IMG/VR virus record: IMGVR_UViG_3300047551_002158
Source: a virus
Taxonomy: Duplodnaviria; Caudoviricetes
Length of the DNA: 64,000 nucleotides
Strand: one strand, 5' to 3'
Shown here: in pieces, positions 54,631 to 64,000 of the stretch
How positions within the stretch are numbered: the stretch's first letter is position 1
Layout: every line of letters begins with the position of its first letter
Notes under the pieces: generated by a model
What the model was told of the DNA's origin: nothing
The model's input: only the letters and a program-made list of their open reading frames with translations
The model's database searches: none
Made by a program: the position numbers and the translations under genes

Positions 54631-54860
54631 AGACTAAAGTTCTTCTTGAACGAGAAGGATATCGCTTTATAGAAGCAGGTATTCTTGAGATAAATGGTAA
54701 ACCAGATTATCGTCTGCAAAAGCAGAATTACTATACAAAACGCTGGTACGACATTTATTTGTTTGATAATCAAATGCAGTGTTTAACTGCTATGGAAGAT
54801 CATCAATATTGTCGTTGGTTAGATCCAGATCGTGTTCCTTGTTATGTAAAAGATGATTAA
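54627..54860 (+). CDS. Conserved hypothetical protein
   Basis: GYRFIEAGILEINGKPDYRLQK. Confidence 0.7.
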   Translation: MKTKVLLEREGYRFIEAGILEINGKPDYRLQKQNYYTKRWYDIYLFDNQMQCLTAMEDHQYCRWLDPDRVPCYVKDD

Positions 54861-54907
54861 ATAGTCACGGAGAGACTTTAAAAGTACTGGTCGGGAGCAA
54901 ACCCCTT

Positions 54908-55135
54908 ATGTCCAAGACAAGTATCTTAAGATATCTTGGAAACCTTCTCCTCATAATTGGTTATCAAACTATGTTATGGGGAGATTTTAAATACGGTTTA
55001 ATGTTAAAAGTTGTTGGGGGATTACTCACAGTACCTTTTGCTATTAAACTTAAACTTTGGGATGTATTATTCCTGTGTGCTTTCTTTGGTATTTCCGAGA
55101 TATCAAAAGTAGTACAACTTTTCTCAGTTAGTTAA
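54908..55135 (+). CDS. Small membrane protein
   Basis: Three short hydrophobic segments. Confidence 0.65.
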   Translation: MSKTSILRYLGNLLLIIGYQTMLWGDFKYGLMLKVVGGLLTVPFAIKLKLWDVLFLCAFFGISEISKVVQLFSVS

Positions 55136-55141
55136 AACTGA

Positions 55142-55265
55142 GTGGTGGAGTCAAAAATGACCCTATTATGAGTTTCTTGCTTCTCTCAAGAGCAAGTGGT
55201 GCGGATGGGGAATTCTTTCTCCGCCTGGTTTCCAATTTCCAGTCAAAGAATTGGTGGCGAGCCTG
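55142..55265 (+). ncRNA. Structured cis-regulatory RNA of the cyanophage manA/wcaG motif class
   Basis: Two similar GTTTC-stem-GTGG units, repeated TGGTG, GCGGA/TCCGC stem; upstream of a WcaG-type epimerase. Confidence 0.65.
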
Positions 55266-55272
55266 AGCACAT

Positions 55273-55301
55273 AGGGTGGGTTGCATAAACCCACCCTTTT
55301 T
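55273..55301 (+). terminator. Intrinsic terminator between the RNA motif and the sugar operon
   Basis: AGGGTGGGTT-GCATA-AACCCACCCT followed by TTTT. Confidence 0.75.
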
Positions 55302-55335
55302 AGTATAATATATACTAAGAGTAAATTATTCATCT

Positions 55336-56385
55336 ATGAGTGATTATAAGAAAACAGCACTTGTTCTTGGTGCTGGTGGTTTTATTGGAAACCATATGGT
55401 AAAAAGACTGAGAGCAGAAGGTTACTGGGTTCGTGGTGTAGATCTTAAGCGTCCAGAGTTCTCTGAAACTGAAGCAAATGAGTTCATTCAGGGAGACCTG
55501 AGAGACATGAACTTTGTTGAAAGGGTGATTCGGTTTAAGGGGTATCTTGGAAACTTCTACCATTTTGTAGCATCACAGTATCTCCAACCCTTTGATGAAA
55601 TCTATCAGTTCGCTGCAGATATGGGTGGTGCTGGTTTTGTTTTTACCGGCGAAAATGATGCCGATATTATGCATAATTCTGTTACTATCAATCTTAATGT
55701 CCTTGAAGCACAAAGACAACTTAACGATCTCAAAGGTGTAAATAAAACCAAAATTTTCTATTCTGGATCAGCGTGTATGTATCCAGAGCATAATCAATTA
55801 GATCCAGACAATCCAGATTGTCGTGAAGAGTCTGCTTATCCTGCTAATCCAGATTCTGAATATGGTTGGGAAAAACTCTTCTCAGAACGTCTCTATTTTG
55901 CCTATCATAGGAATTATGGTATTTCTGTTAGGGTTGCTCGCTATCACAATATCTTTGGACCAGAAGGAACTTGGGAAGGTGGAAGAGAGAAGGCACCTGC
56001 GGCAATTTGCCGTAAAGTTGCTTACCTTCCAGAGGAAGGTGGAACCATCGAGGTGTGGGGAGATGGTCTACAAACTCGTTCCTTCTTGTATATTGATGAA
56101 TGTATCGAAGCAACCCGCAGAATGATGGAATCCAACTTTATTGGACCCGTGAATATTGGTTCAGAAGAAATGGTTAGTATCAATCAACTTGTAGATACTG
56201 CCGCAAGAGTTGCTGGTAAAATAGTAGAGAAGCAACATATTCTTGATGCTCCTCTTGGCGTTCGTGGTCGTAATTCTAATAACGATTTAATTCGTGAAAA
56301 ACTTGGATGGGATTATTCACAAACTCTTGAAGAAGGAATTCGTAAGACTTACAATTGGATTTCTGAACAAATTAAAAAGAAATGA
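55336..56385 (+). CDS. GDP-mannose 3',5'-epimerase-like NAD-dependent epimerase (WcaG family)
   Basis: GAGGFIG; FAADMGGAG; SACMYP; YGWEK; RYHNIFGP. Confidence 0.88.
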   Translation: MSDYKKTALVLGAGGFIGNHMVKRLRAEGYWVRGVDLKRPEFSETEANEFIQGDLRDMNFVERVIRFKGYLGNFYHFVASQYLQPFDEIYQFAADMGGAGFVFTGENDADIMHNSVTINLNVLEAQRQLNDLKGVNKTKIFYSGSACMYPEHNQLDPDNPDCREESAYPANPDSEYGWEKLFSERLYFAYHRNYGISVRVARYHNIFGPEGTWEGGREKAPAAICRKVAYLPEEGGTIEVWGDGLQTRSFLYIDECIEATRRMMESNFIGPVNIGSEEMVSINQLVDTAARVAGKIVEKQHILDAPLGVRGRNSNNDLIREKLGWDYSQTLEEGIRKTYNWISEQIKKK

Positions 56386-57242
56386 AAATAACTATTCTTG
56401 GATCTGGTGGTCAGATTGGTGCTTATCTCACAGACTACCTAAAAACTAAAGGTCACGATGTAATTGAGTTTGATGTTGTAAATGGAGAAGAACAGGATCT
56501 CAGAAAGATTCCTAACTATAAACTTGAAGATGACATCAAGGCATCTGACTTCGTTTTCTTTCTTGCATTTGATGTAGGTGGTTCTCGTTATCTCAAGAAG
56601 TATCAACACACTTTTGATTTCATTGATAACAACACCAGAATTATGGCGAATGTGTTTGGATACTTGAAAGAATATCGCAAACCATTTATCTTTGCCTCAT
56701 CACAGATGAGTAATATGAGTTACTCTCCATATGGTGTTATGAAAAGAGTTGGTGAGATGTACACCCAAAATCTTGGTGGGTTGATTGTTAAGTTTTGGAA
56801 TGTTTATGGTATAGAAAAAGACCACGAAAAATCTCACGTAATTACAGACTTCATTCGTAAAGGATTTGAAGAAGGTGAGTTTGAAATGATGACAGATGGT
56901 ACTGAAGAGAGACAATTCTTATATGCTCAAGATTGTTGCGAAGGACTAGAAACTATAATGAATTATTATGGAGATTTTAAGTCAACAGACCCACTTCATA
57001 TCACTTCATTTAGATCCGAATCTATTAAGACGGTTGCTCAAATTATTCAAGGACAATTTAATTTGATAGGTAAGTATGATGTGAAAATTAAACCAGGTAT
57101 CGCAAAAGATAGCGTACAGATGGATAAAAGAAATGAAGCAGATAATTACATTCAAGGTTGGTGGCTACCAAAAACAAATTTAGAAACTGGTATTGGAAAA
57201 GTATTTGTGGAAATGAAAAAGGAGTATGGTTACAATGACTGA
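56382..57242 (+). CDS. NAD-dependent epimerase/dehydratase
   Basis: GSGGQIG; YGVMK; NVYG. Confidence 0.85.
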   Translation: MKITILGSGGQIGAYLTDYLKTKGHDVIEFDVVNGEEQDLRKIPNYKLEDDIKASDFVFFLAFDVGGSRYLKKYQHTFDFIDNNTRIMANVFGYLKEYRKPFIFASSQMSNMSYSPYGVMKRVGEMYTQNLGGLIVKFWNVYGIEKDHEKSHVITDFIRKGFEEGEFEMMTDGTEERQFLYAQDCCEGLETIMNYYGDFKSTDPLHITSFRSESIKTVAQIIQGQFNLIGKYDVKIKPGIAKDSVQMDKRNEADNYIQGWWLPKTNLETGIGKVFVEMKKEYGYND

Positions 57243-57993
57243 TATGAAAGCACTGAAAAATTTTATTGATGAACCCCACTGTGATTTGGGTTCTAATGCA
57301 TGGATTCTTGCTGAACTTGTTAAGAAGTATAAGAATGCAAGGTTTATTGATCTCGGGGTAAGACTTGGAGCTTCTTCGGCAATACTATCCATTGATGCGG
57401 AAAAGAATAACAATCAGGTTTGTGGTTGTGATTTGATGTTCACTGGGTTTCAAAATTATGGAGCAAAGTTTGTAAATGAAAATTATATCTGCTATATGGC
57501 AGATAGTGTGACTCTTGGAAAGAATTGGGACGAAGATCCTTTTGATATTATTTTTGTAGATACTATTCATACTAGAGAACAAGTTCTAGCAGAACTTTAT
57601 TTCTGGAGTAATCATATCAAGGAAGGTGGATATTTTATTTTCCACGATTCGCATTGGGAAGGTCCTGGTGATGTTATTGGCGGAAAGCAGTGGGAACGTA
57701 TTGATGTTGCCGTCACCGATTTCTTTGGTCTTCCCAAGAGTGTCCGTGAAATGGATCAGTATGAAGATGAAAACATTCGTCTTGAGCACTATACTCCAAG
57801 TTATGGAATGACTTTTGTTCAAATCAAATCTCTTGATGCTATTAAAAAATTCAAGAGCAACGTAGATTGGAAAAAGGTTTTTGAAATTCGTAATTGGTTG
57901 AATGACCTTCACTTCAATAGAAGCAATTTAAACTTTGTTGATTGGAATCAGGATATTGAAAACATTGAGAACGAATTAGTAATTGAACCATGA
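57226..57993 (+). CDS. Class I SAM-dependent methyltransferase
   Basis: IDLGVRLGAS; IIFVDTIH; FIFHDS. Confidence 0.82.
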   Translation: MVTMTDMKALKNFIDEPHCDLGSNAWILAELVKKYKNARFIDLGVRLGASSAILSIDAEKNNNQVCGCDLMFTGFQNYGAKFVNENYICYMADSVTLGKNWDEDPFDIIFVDTIHTREQVLAELYFWSNHIKEGGYFIFHDSHWEGPGDVIGGKQWERIDVAVTDFFGLPKSVREMDQYEDENIRLEHYTPSYGMTFVQIKSLDAIKKFKSNVDWKKVFEIRNWLNDLHFNRSNLNFVDWNQDIENIENELVIEP

Positions 57994-58811
57994 CTTGTTC
58001 AGTATCGCATTGGAGTGGAAGACTTGGGAATAATATTCAGCAAGTCGCTAATTGTATAATGAGAGCAGAACTCACTGGTGATGCTTTCTATCAAAAATTA
58101 AGTCACGAAGTTATCAAAAAGTTTGTTCTTAATTTTGGTAGAGAAGAATCTTCAGAAGAGTATGAAGGTAGATTTTATTCTTGGGAACCACTTGTGCATT
58201 GTGAAAGGGGAATATATGAAGGTGGAAATGAAATTGGTGTAGATAAGAAATACGTCTACGAAAATATGAGACGTGTCTGTAGAAATTACATTATTCCTCA
58301 TTTAGATGTTGTTGAACGGGATGTGATTGGAGACGATACTATTGTTATGCATCTCAGGAGTGGTGATAACTATCATCGAGTATTTGATCCTCCCACCAAT
58401 TACATTCCCAATCCTCTAATTTATTATCTTAACTTGATTGATTCTTTTGATAAGTGTATTCTGGTGACAGAACCTGATAGGGAGAATCCAATAGTTCACG
58501 AGTTAATGAAGAATGATAAAGTCCAGATTCAATCTTTGGATGTAAAGTCCGACTTCTCAACGCTTCTATCTGCAAAGAATCTTGCTTTATCTGGTGTTGG
58601 AACTTTCGCTATGGCAGCAGCATTGTGCTCAAAAAATATTCAAAATCTTTTTACTACAGATTTGCTATTGACTGAGCACCTAAATTATAGTATGCTATTC
58701 AATACAGATGTCAATGTGCATGTGATGGAATTGGAAAACTATCTTTCCGTTTTTCCGTGCAGTTGGAAAAATACAGAAGAGCAAAGAAAGTTTATTTTAG
58801 AGTATAGATGA
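57990..58811 (+). CDS. GT11-like (alpha-1,2-fucosyltransferase-related) glycosyltransferase
   Basis: GRLGNNIQQ; HLRSGD; DFSTLL...SGVGTF. Confidence 0.7.
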   Translation: MTCSVSHWSGRLGNNIQQVANCIMRAELTGDAFYQKLSHEVIKKFVLNFGREESSEEYEGRFYSWEPLVHCERGIYEGGNEIGVDKKYVYENMRRVCRNYIIPHLDVVERDVIGDDTIVMHLRSGDNYHRVFDPPTNYIPNPLIYYLNLIDSFDKCILVTEPDRENPIVHELMKNDKVQIQSLDVKSDFSTLLSAKNLALSGVGTFAMAAALCSKNIQNLFTTDLLLTEHLNYSMLFNTDVNVHVMELENYLSVFPCSWKNTEEQRKFILEYR

Positions 58812-59797
58812 AAATTTTTGTAACCGGATGTGCTGGCTTGTTGGGTGCAAACTACACTAGACACTTACTTTCTAATGGTCATCAAGTAATTGGAATTGAT
58901 GATTTATCTGGCGGATATAAAGCCTTTGTACCAAAAGCAGAAAACTTTATCTTTGTCAAATTTGATTTGGAAAGGAGAAAAAAAGTAGTAGAACTTTTTG
59001 AAGAACATAAACCCGATGTTCTTCTTCATTTTGCTGCTTATGCTGCAGAAGGACTCTCTCCTTTTATTCGTAACTTTAACTATAGAAATAATCTCATTTG
59101 TTCAGCAAATCTGATTAATGAATGTATCACTCACGATACTAAGTTTATTTTTACATCAAGTATGGCAGTCTATGGGGAGCAAGAACCTCCCTTCACTGAG
59201 GACAAGCGACCTCAACCAATTGATCCATATGGTATTGCTAAGTATGCTGTTGAGTGTGATCTAAAACTTGCTAATGATCAATTTGGTCTGAGATATAATA
59301 TTGTTAGACCTCACAATGTTCTTGGAATTTATCAAAATATTTGGGATAAGTATAGAAACGTTATCGGTATTTTCATTCGTAAGACTTTGAATGGTGAACC
59401 AATTTTAGTTTATGGTGATGGTGAGCAAACTCGTGCTTTCTCAGATATCAAATATTATATGAAACCGTTTGATAAACTCTTAACTGATTATGATGGAGAG
59501 ACATTTAATATTGGAGCTGACAAATATTTTACTTTGAATGAAGTTGCGGAAGCAGTTCAAAGAATTGGTAAAAAATATGGTTATGATGTTCCAATTCAAC
59601 ACAGTGAACCAAGGCACGAAGTTAAACACGCATATTGCGATCATACAAAAGCAAAAACTATGATAGACTTTAAAGATGAAACTAATCTTGAAGAGTTAAT
59701 TGACAGTATGTTTGTTTGGGCAATGAAGCAGCCAAACAGAAAAGTAAAGAAAATGGAATATGAAGTTACAAAAGACATCTACGATTATTGGAGGTAA
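58808..59797 (+). CDS. NAD-dependent epimerase (GalE-like)
   Basis: VTGCAGLLG; SSMAVYG; YGIAK; RPHNVLG. Confidence 0.88.
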   Translation: MKIFVTGCAGLLGANYTRHLLSNGHQVIGIDDLSGGYKAFVPKAENFIFVKFDLERRKKVVELFEEHKPDVLLHFAAYAAEGLSPFIRNFNYRNNLICSANLINECITHDTKFIFTSSMAVYGEQEPPFTEDKRPQPIDPYGIAKYAVECDLKLANDQFGLRYNIVRPHNVLGIYQNIWDKYRNVIGIFIRKTLNGEPILVYGDGEQTRAFSDIKYYMKPFDKLLTDYDGETFNIGADKYFTLNEVAEAVQRIGKKYGYDVPIQHSEPRHEVKHAYCDHTKAKTMIDFKDETNLEELIDSMFVWAMKQPNRKVKKMEYEVTKDIYDYWR

Positions 59798-59939
59798 TTT
59801 ATGAATTTATTAGAAAAAAGGGCAATTGTTGATGAAATGATCCGATGTCAGGAAAAACCTTGTCCTGATGGTATGTGCCAAGTGCTGTCTATTGGAAAAA
59901 AACCAAATAAAAAATTTTAAAATATATTGGACTTGACAT

Positions 59940-60566
59940 ATGCTATTAAGTTTTAATTCTTTAATCAAACAGTATCATATAAACATCACTGGAGTTATTC
60001 ATGTTGGTGGGCATATTGGAGATGAACTTCATGAGTATAAAATAAATGGGGTAGAAAATATTATTATTTTTGAACCTCAATCTCATTGTTTTGAAAAACT
60101 TTCTATAAAGGCAAGGGAAGTTGACTTACCTGCCAAACTTGTTAATAAAGCACTTGGTAACAAAAATGGTAGGATTGATATGACTTCAGATCCTACTGGT
60201 TTATGTGGTTCCATTCTTAAACCTAAACTTCATTTGGAGTTATCTCCAGATGTTCTTTTTTCCGAAACTTTAAATGTAGAAATATCTAAACTTGATGATG
60301 AAATTCCAGAGAATCATACTTATAATTTTCTGAATATGGATACTCAGGGATATGAATTGGAAGTTTTAAAAGGAGGAGTAAAAACTTTAGAAAAAATTGA
60401 TTACATTTATACCGAAGTTAATCAAGCAGAAGTTTATGAAAATAATGCTATGATTGGGGAACTTGATGAATTTTTAAATGATTATGATATGGAAAGAGTT
60501 GCTACTGGTTGGCATGGATCTCAAACTTGGGGAGATGCTCTTTATATTAAAAGAGGTTTAGTTTGA
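59940..60566 (+). CDS. FkbM-family methyltransferase
   Basis: IHVGGHIG; FEP; MDTQGYELEVLKG; WGDALY. Confidence 0.88.
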   Translation: MLLSFNSLIKQYHINITGVIHVGGHIGDELHEYKINGVENIIIFEPQSHCFEKLSIKAREVDLPAKLVNKALGNKNGRIDMTSDPTGLCGSILKPKLHLELSPDVLFSETLNVEISKLDDEIPENHTYNFLNMDTQGYELEVLKGGVKTLEKIDYIYTEVNQAEVYENNAMIGELDEFLNDYDMERVATGWHGSQTWGDALYIKRGLV

Positions 60567-61423
60567 TGAGAGTATTTGATTCTTTTATTTTTTTCAATGA
60601 ACTCGAACTGTTAGAGATGAGACTCAACATTCTTAATGATGTTGTGGATTATTTTGTTTTAACAGAATCTCCTTTTACAGTTAGTGGAAATGAAAAACCA
60701 TTATATTATCAAGAAAACAAAGATAGATTTTCTAAATGGAATGATAAAATAGTTCATTACGTGACTGAAGAAATTCCTAATGATTTTAGTCATATGTTGG
60801 ATAAAACCAAGTATCACGTTGCATATAGTGATGTTGATCCCTATGGGACTAAGTTCATAGATCTTCCAATACGTTTCCAGAGGGCTTTGTACAATAGGAA
60901 CAACAGTGCTTTTGGAATAGAAAAGGCAGGAGCAACTGATGAGGATTTAATTATCACAAGTGATGCCGATGAAATTATCAATCCATATGTTATAGAAGAT
61001 CTTTCTTGGTTTGATTTAAATAATCATTATCTTGCAGTTTGTAATGCCTATTATTATAAACTAAATTTTCTATATCAAGATGATTGGATGGGTTCAAGAC
61101 TTTGTACTTGGAAGCATTTAAAAAACACTACAATTGATCAACTTCGACAAGATCATTCCAATGCATATAGAATTGAGAATGCTGGGTGGCACTTTAGTTT
61201 CCTTGGCAATGCTGAGAATTTTAAACTAAAACTAGCGTCTTATGAGCACACTGAAAATAACACAGCAGAAGTTTTGTCTAATGTTGAGGAAAAAGTTGAG
61301 AATGGTCTTGACCCCCTTAATAGAGGAATGACTTACAGAGCAGTTCCTATTGATGATACCTATCCAGAATACATTCAAAATAATCAAGAAAAATACTCAG
61401 AGTTTATTAAAAAATGGAATTGA
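60563..61423 (+). CDS. GT17-family N-acetylglucosaminyltransferase-like protein
   Basis: FFNELELLEMRL; SDADEI; AGWHFSF. Confidence 0.82.
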   Translation: MMRVFDSFIFFNELELLEMRLNILNDVVDYFVLTESPFTVSGNEKPLYYQENKDRFSKWNDKIVHYVTEEIPNDFSHMLDKTKYHVAYSDVDPYGTKFIDLPIRFQRALYNRNNSAFGIEKAGATDEDLIITSDADEIINPYVIEDLSWFDLNNHYLAVCNAYYYKLNFLYQDDWMGSRLCTWKHLKNTTIDQLRQDHSNAYRIENAGWHFSFLGNAENFKLKLASYEHTENNTAEVLSNVEEKVENGLDPLNRGMTYRAVPIDDTYPEYIQNNQEKYSEFIKKWN

Positions 61424-62343
61424 TTGAAGGAGTGGCATTATCTAAGTTGTGTGATTATTCTTTTGGTGATCAATCTGGGAAGTGGGGTAATATCTACACT
61501 TCCTTTATGAAAGAAGCGAATTTAACTAATACTGAGTTTGTGAGCAAGTTATTTGATATAAAGAAAAGTCGTAATTATATGACTTTGTTTATTGATAATA
61601 TTCGTTTATATAAAAGAACTATTGTTGAAGTAAGTGAAAATGATAAAGAGTATATAAACTCCCTTCACCGAAAAAATGATTTACTACACCTCTGTTCTTG
61701 TTTCCCAGATATGAAGTTTATTATCTTCACCAATCTTGAGGATACACCTATAGATGATTATATTTTTGATTTGATCCCTGATAATGTAGTTTGCATATCT
61801 GCTGTTAATGCTGTTTCTTTTGGTGGAAAGGTAACTCCTGCTCCTTATGGAGTGCAGAGAAGAATGTCTTCATCGGATAAAAGAATTGAAGATTTGAAAT
61901 CCTATATGAAAAATCTTCTACAAAATCCTTCGGGACTTTTGTATGTAAGTCATAACGAAAGTTCTCATTCTGAGAGAATGGGAATAAAAGATTTTTTCAA
62001 TGGAAAGGATTGGGTTGAGGTTCACGATAAGAGAGTTACTTACTCAGTATTTCTTTACAATCTAAGTCAATCTAAGTTTATGATTTGTCCTAGAGGAAAT
62101 GCTATAGATTGCCACCGAAACTGGGAAGTTCTTTATATGAGAAGAGTTCCCATTATGAAAAATCATCCATACCTACTTGAGTTGTACAAAGACTATCCTG
62201 TTCTATTTGTTGATGAATATTCTGAAGTTACCAAAGAACTTTTAATTGAGAGTGATTATCTGTTTCAACAAGCTCAGACTATGGATTTAAGTGGACTTGA
62301 TTTGAACACCTTTTTCGACAAAACATTGGAGAGTTGTTTATGA
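61414..62343 (+). CDS. Exostosin/GT47-like glycosyltransferase
   Basis: KFMICPRGNAIDCHRNWEVLYMRRVPI. Confidence 0.7.
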   Translation: MELIEGVALSKLCDYSFGDQSGKWGNIYTSFMKEANLTNTEFVSKLFDIKKSRNYMTLFIDNIRLYKRTIVEVSENDKEYINSLHRKNDLLHLCSCFPDMKFIIFTNLEDTPIDDYIFDLIPDNVVCISAVNAVSFGGKVTPAPYGVQRRMSSSDKRIEDLKSYMKNLLQNPSGLLYVSHNESSHSERMGIKDFFNGKDWVEVHDKRVTYSVFLYNLSQSKFMICPRGNAIDCHRNWEVLYMRRVPIMKNHPYLLELYKDYPVLFVDEYSEVTKELLIESDYLFQQAQTMDLSGLDLNTFFDKTLESCL

Positions 62344-63074
62344 ATTTTTTATGCATTTCCAATTACAATAATGATTTAAGTTGGTTATCTGATTATCCAA
62401 ACCCACATTTAATATATGATAAGACTTGGGCAGGTGGAGTAACTGATAATGATAACTCTGGTCTTATTCCACCTTCCAATTTAAAAGAAAGATATCCAAA
62501 TTATAACATCACTAATGGTGATCCTAATGGATATAATATTAGTGATTATATGACTTTTATTATTGACCATTATGATAATCTTCCCGACGTAGTTTGTTTT
62601 GTCAAAGGAAACACTATTGGCAGACACGTAAGTAAAGAAGTCTTTGATAGATTAATCAACAATAAATGCTTTACTCCTATTGAGGATTGGAAGTCTCACG
62701 ATCCAAATCAGCAGGCATTATTGAATGGATATGCAATGATATCTTGTGATGGTGGTTGGATGGAAACAAATGATAGTTGGTATTTGAATCATCCCAAACA
62801 TCCAACAAAGTATTTTCAAAACTATAACGACTTTCTTAGATTTTGTTTTAAAGATCCTGTACTTCCAAAGTATGTAAGATTTCCACCTGGTGGAAATTTT
62901 GTTGTGCCAAAAGAATATATCTTAAAGTATGATAAAATTTTTTATCAAAATCTAAGAACATTTACTAGACACACAAGAGTTTCTGGTGAGGGTCAGATGA
63001 TAGAAAGAGCATTGTTTACGATTTGGATTGCCAATTTTGAAGTGGCAGATACTATGAGGGAATTGGTATGCTAG
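62334..63074 (+). CDS. DUF3431-like glycan-modifying protein
   Basis: YMTFIIDHYDNLPDVVCFVKG; ERALFTIW. Confidence 0.65.
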   Translation: MFMNFLCISNYNNDLSWLSDYPNPHLIYDKTWAGGVTDNDNSGLIPPSNLKERYPNYNITNGDPNGYNISDYMTFIIDHYDNLPDVVCFVKGNTIGRHVSKEVFDRLINNKCFTPIEDWKSHDPNQQALLNGYAMISCDGGWMETNDSWYLNHPKHPTKYFQNYNDFLRFCFKDPVLPKYVRFPPGGNFVVPKEYILKYDKIFYQNLRTFTRHTRVSGEGQMIERALFTIWIANFEVADTMRELVC

Positions 63075-63958
63075 CAACTGAATTTATTCACGGTCAAGGA
63101 TTGGGAAACCAATTATTTTGTTATGTAACAATTAGAATGTTGGCACATAAACTTGGATATGATTTTGGTATTGGTGGACTTAGAAATGCTGGAGATTCTA
63201 GAGTAAACAAAAAAGGTTTTTACTTTATGAATCTGGATTATGGTAAAGAAGTTCCTGATGGGTTAACAAGGTACGATGAATATCGTCACGGTGCTTTTAC
63301 TGATTCTTGGATTAGAACTGATATAAGACTCACTGATAGAAATCTTTTTTCTATATCAGATAATACTATTATCTATGGAAACCTTCAATCTGAAGAATAT
63401 TTTTGCAACAGACTTGATCTTGTTAAGGACTGGTTGAAAGTTGGGCAAGAGTATGAGCATATGGATACCAACGGAAAAAATATCTGTATTATGAATTTCC
63501 GTGGCGGTGATATGGTTGGAAATGCTGGTGGATTTGTTCCACGATCATATTGGTTAAAGGCAATTGATAATATGCTTCAGTACAATCCAAATATGGAGTT
63601 TTGTATTGTAACTGATGATGTTAAAACAGCAAATGTAATGCTTCCCGAATATCCAGCCTATCACGAAGATGTTGCTTGGGATTATGTTGCGATTAAAAAT
63701 GCTAGAAATGTAATTTGCTCAACTTCAACCTTTGCTTGTTTTCCTCTTTGGACTAGTGAAACATTGGAGTATTGTATTGCTCCTAAGTATTGGTTTCATC
63801 ATAACTTATCTCCGGGATGGTGGAGTCTTGGATGTAGCATATATAGTTTTCCCACTCACTATATGGATAGAGATGGGAAACTATTTACACCTGAAGAATG
63901 TGTGATAGAATGGGAAGAGTATAAAAAAACTTCAAACATATATGAAGGCGATTTATGA
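63068..63958 (+). CDS. GT11 alpha-1,2-fucosyltransferase-like glycosyltransferase
   Basis: GQGLGNQLF; GNLQSE; NFRGGD; STSTF. Confidence 0.8.
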   Translation: MLATEFIHGQGLGNQLFCYVTIRMLAHKLGYDFGIGGLRNAGDSRVNKKGFYFMNLDYGKEVPDGLTRYDEYRHGAFTDSWIRTDIRLTDRNLFSISDNTIIYGNLQSEEYFCNRLDLVKDWLKVGQEYEHMDTNGKNICIMNFRGGDMVGNAGGFVPRSYWLKAIDNMLQYNPNMEFCIVTDDVKTANVMLPEYPAYHEDVAWDYVAIKNARNVICSTSTFACFPLWTSETLEYCIAPKYWFHHNLSPGWWSLGCSIYSFPTHYMDRDGKLFTPEECVIEWEEYKKTSNIYEGDL

Positions 63959-64000
63959 TAGAATTACCTGATGTAACATTAGTTTCTATTGATACTACTT
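63955..64000 (+). CDS. 5' end of the next glycan-cluster gene (truncated)
   Basis: MIELPDVTLVSIDTT, ATGA-coupled. Confidence 0.5.
   Translation, partial: MIELPDVTLVSIDTT

Noticed and set aside
59801-59920. 39-aa ORF in the glycan cluster, possibly a truncated gene
   Set aside because: No recognisable motif and no continuation found in other frames.
1-64000. Stop-codon reassignment; photosynthesis genes (psbA, hli)
   Set aside because: Core genes end normally at TAA/TGA/TAG, there is no suppressor tRNA, and no photosystem genes are recognisable in this window.

Overview
A 64-kb segment of a T4-like cyanomyophage (Kyanoviridae-type; probably freshwater, with a Synechococcus/Cyanobium-like host, inferred from gene content and tRNA set). 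All supported genes are on the + strand. Order: head genes (gp21, gp22, gp23, gp3); uvsY/uvsW; gp55; gp47/gp46; CobT-like/CobS pair; gp45, DenV-like, gp44, dam, gp62, regA, hsp20; gp43, uvsX; gp41 helicase fractured by a gp41-1-type split intein; mazG; a block of late genes; primase; nrdA/nrdB; a lysozyme gene; an island of small early ORFs; a tRNA cluster with Dps; a manA/wcaG-like RNA; and a glycan-synthesis cluster. Five GIY-YIG-like/NUMOD3 homing endonucleases are present. Most notable: (1) the nrdB tail reads QVAPQQTQVQSY, with Gln at the normally essential Glu350-equivalent, and lies beside a homing endonuclease and an ORF with a Cys-His-Asp triad, a candidate Gln-to-Glu deamidase that could repair the enzyme; (2) a family of late genes with constant acidic ends and unrelated basic cores, plus proteins carrying T4-like capsid-targeting leaders; (3) a 4.2-kb insertion that appears to have replaced the 3' half of the lysozyme gene and left the old half orphaned; (4) five promoters lacking a -35 box but carrying a dyad at an exact spacing from the -10 box; (5) atypical tRNA and tRNA-like genes. 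All family assignments are from motif recognition by eye; no database searches were run.
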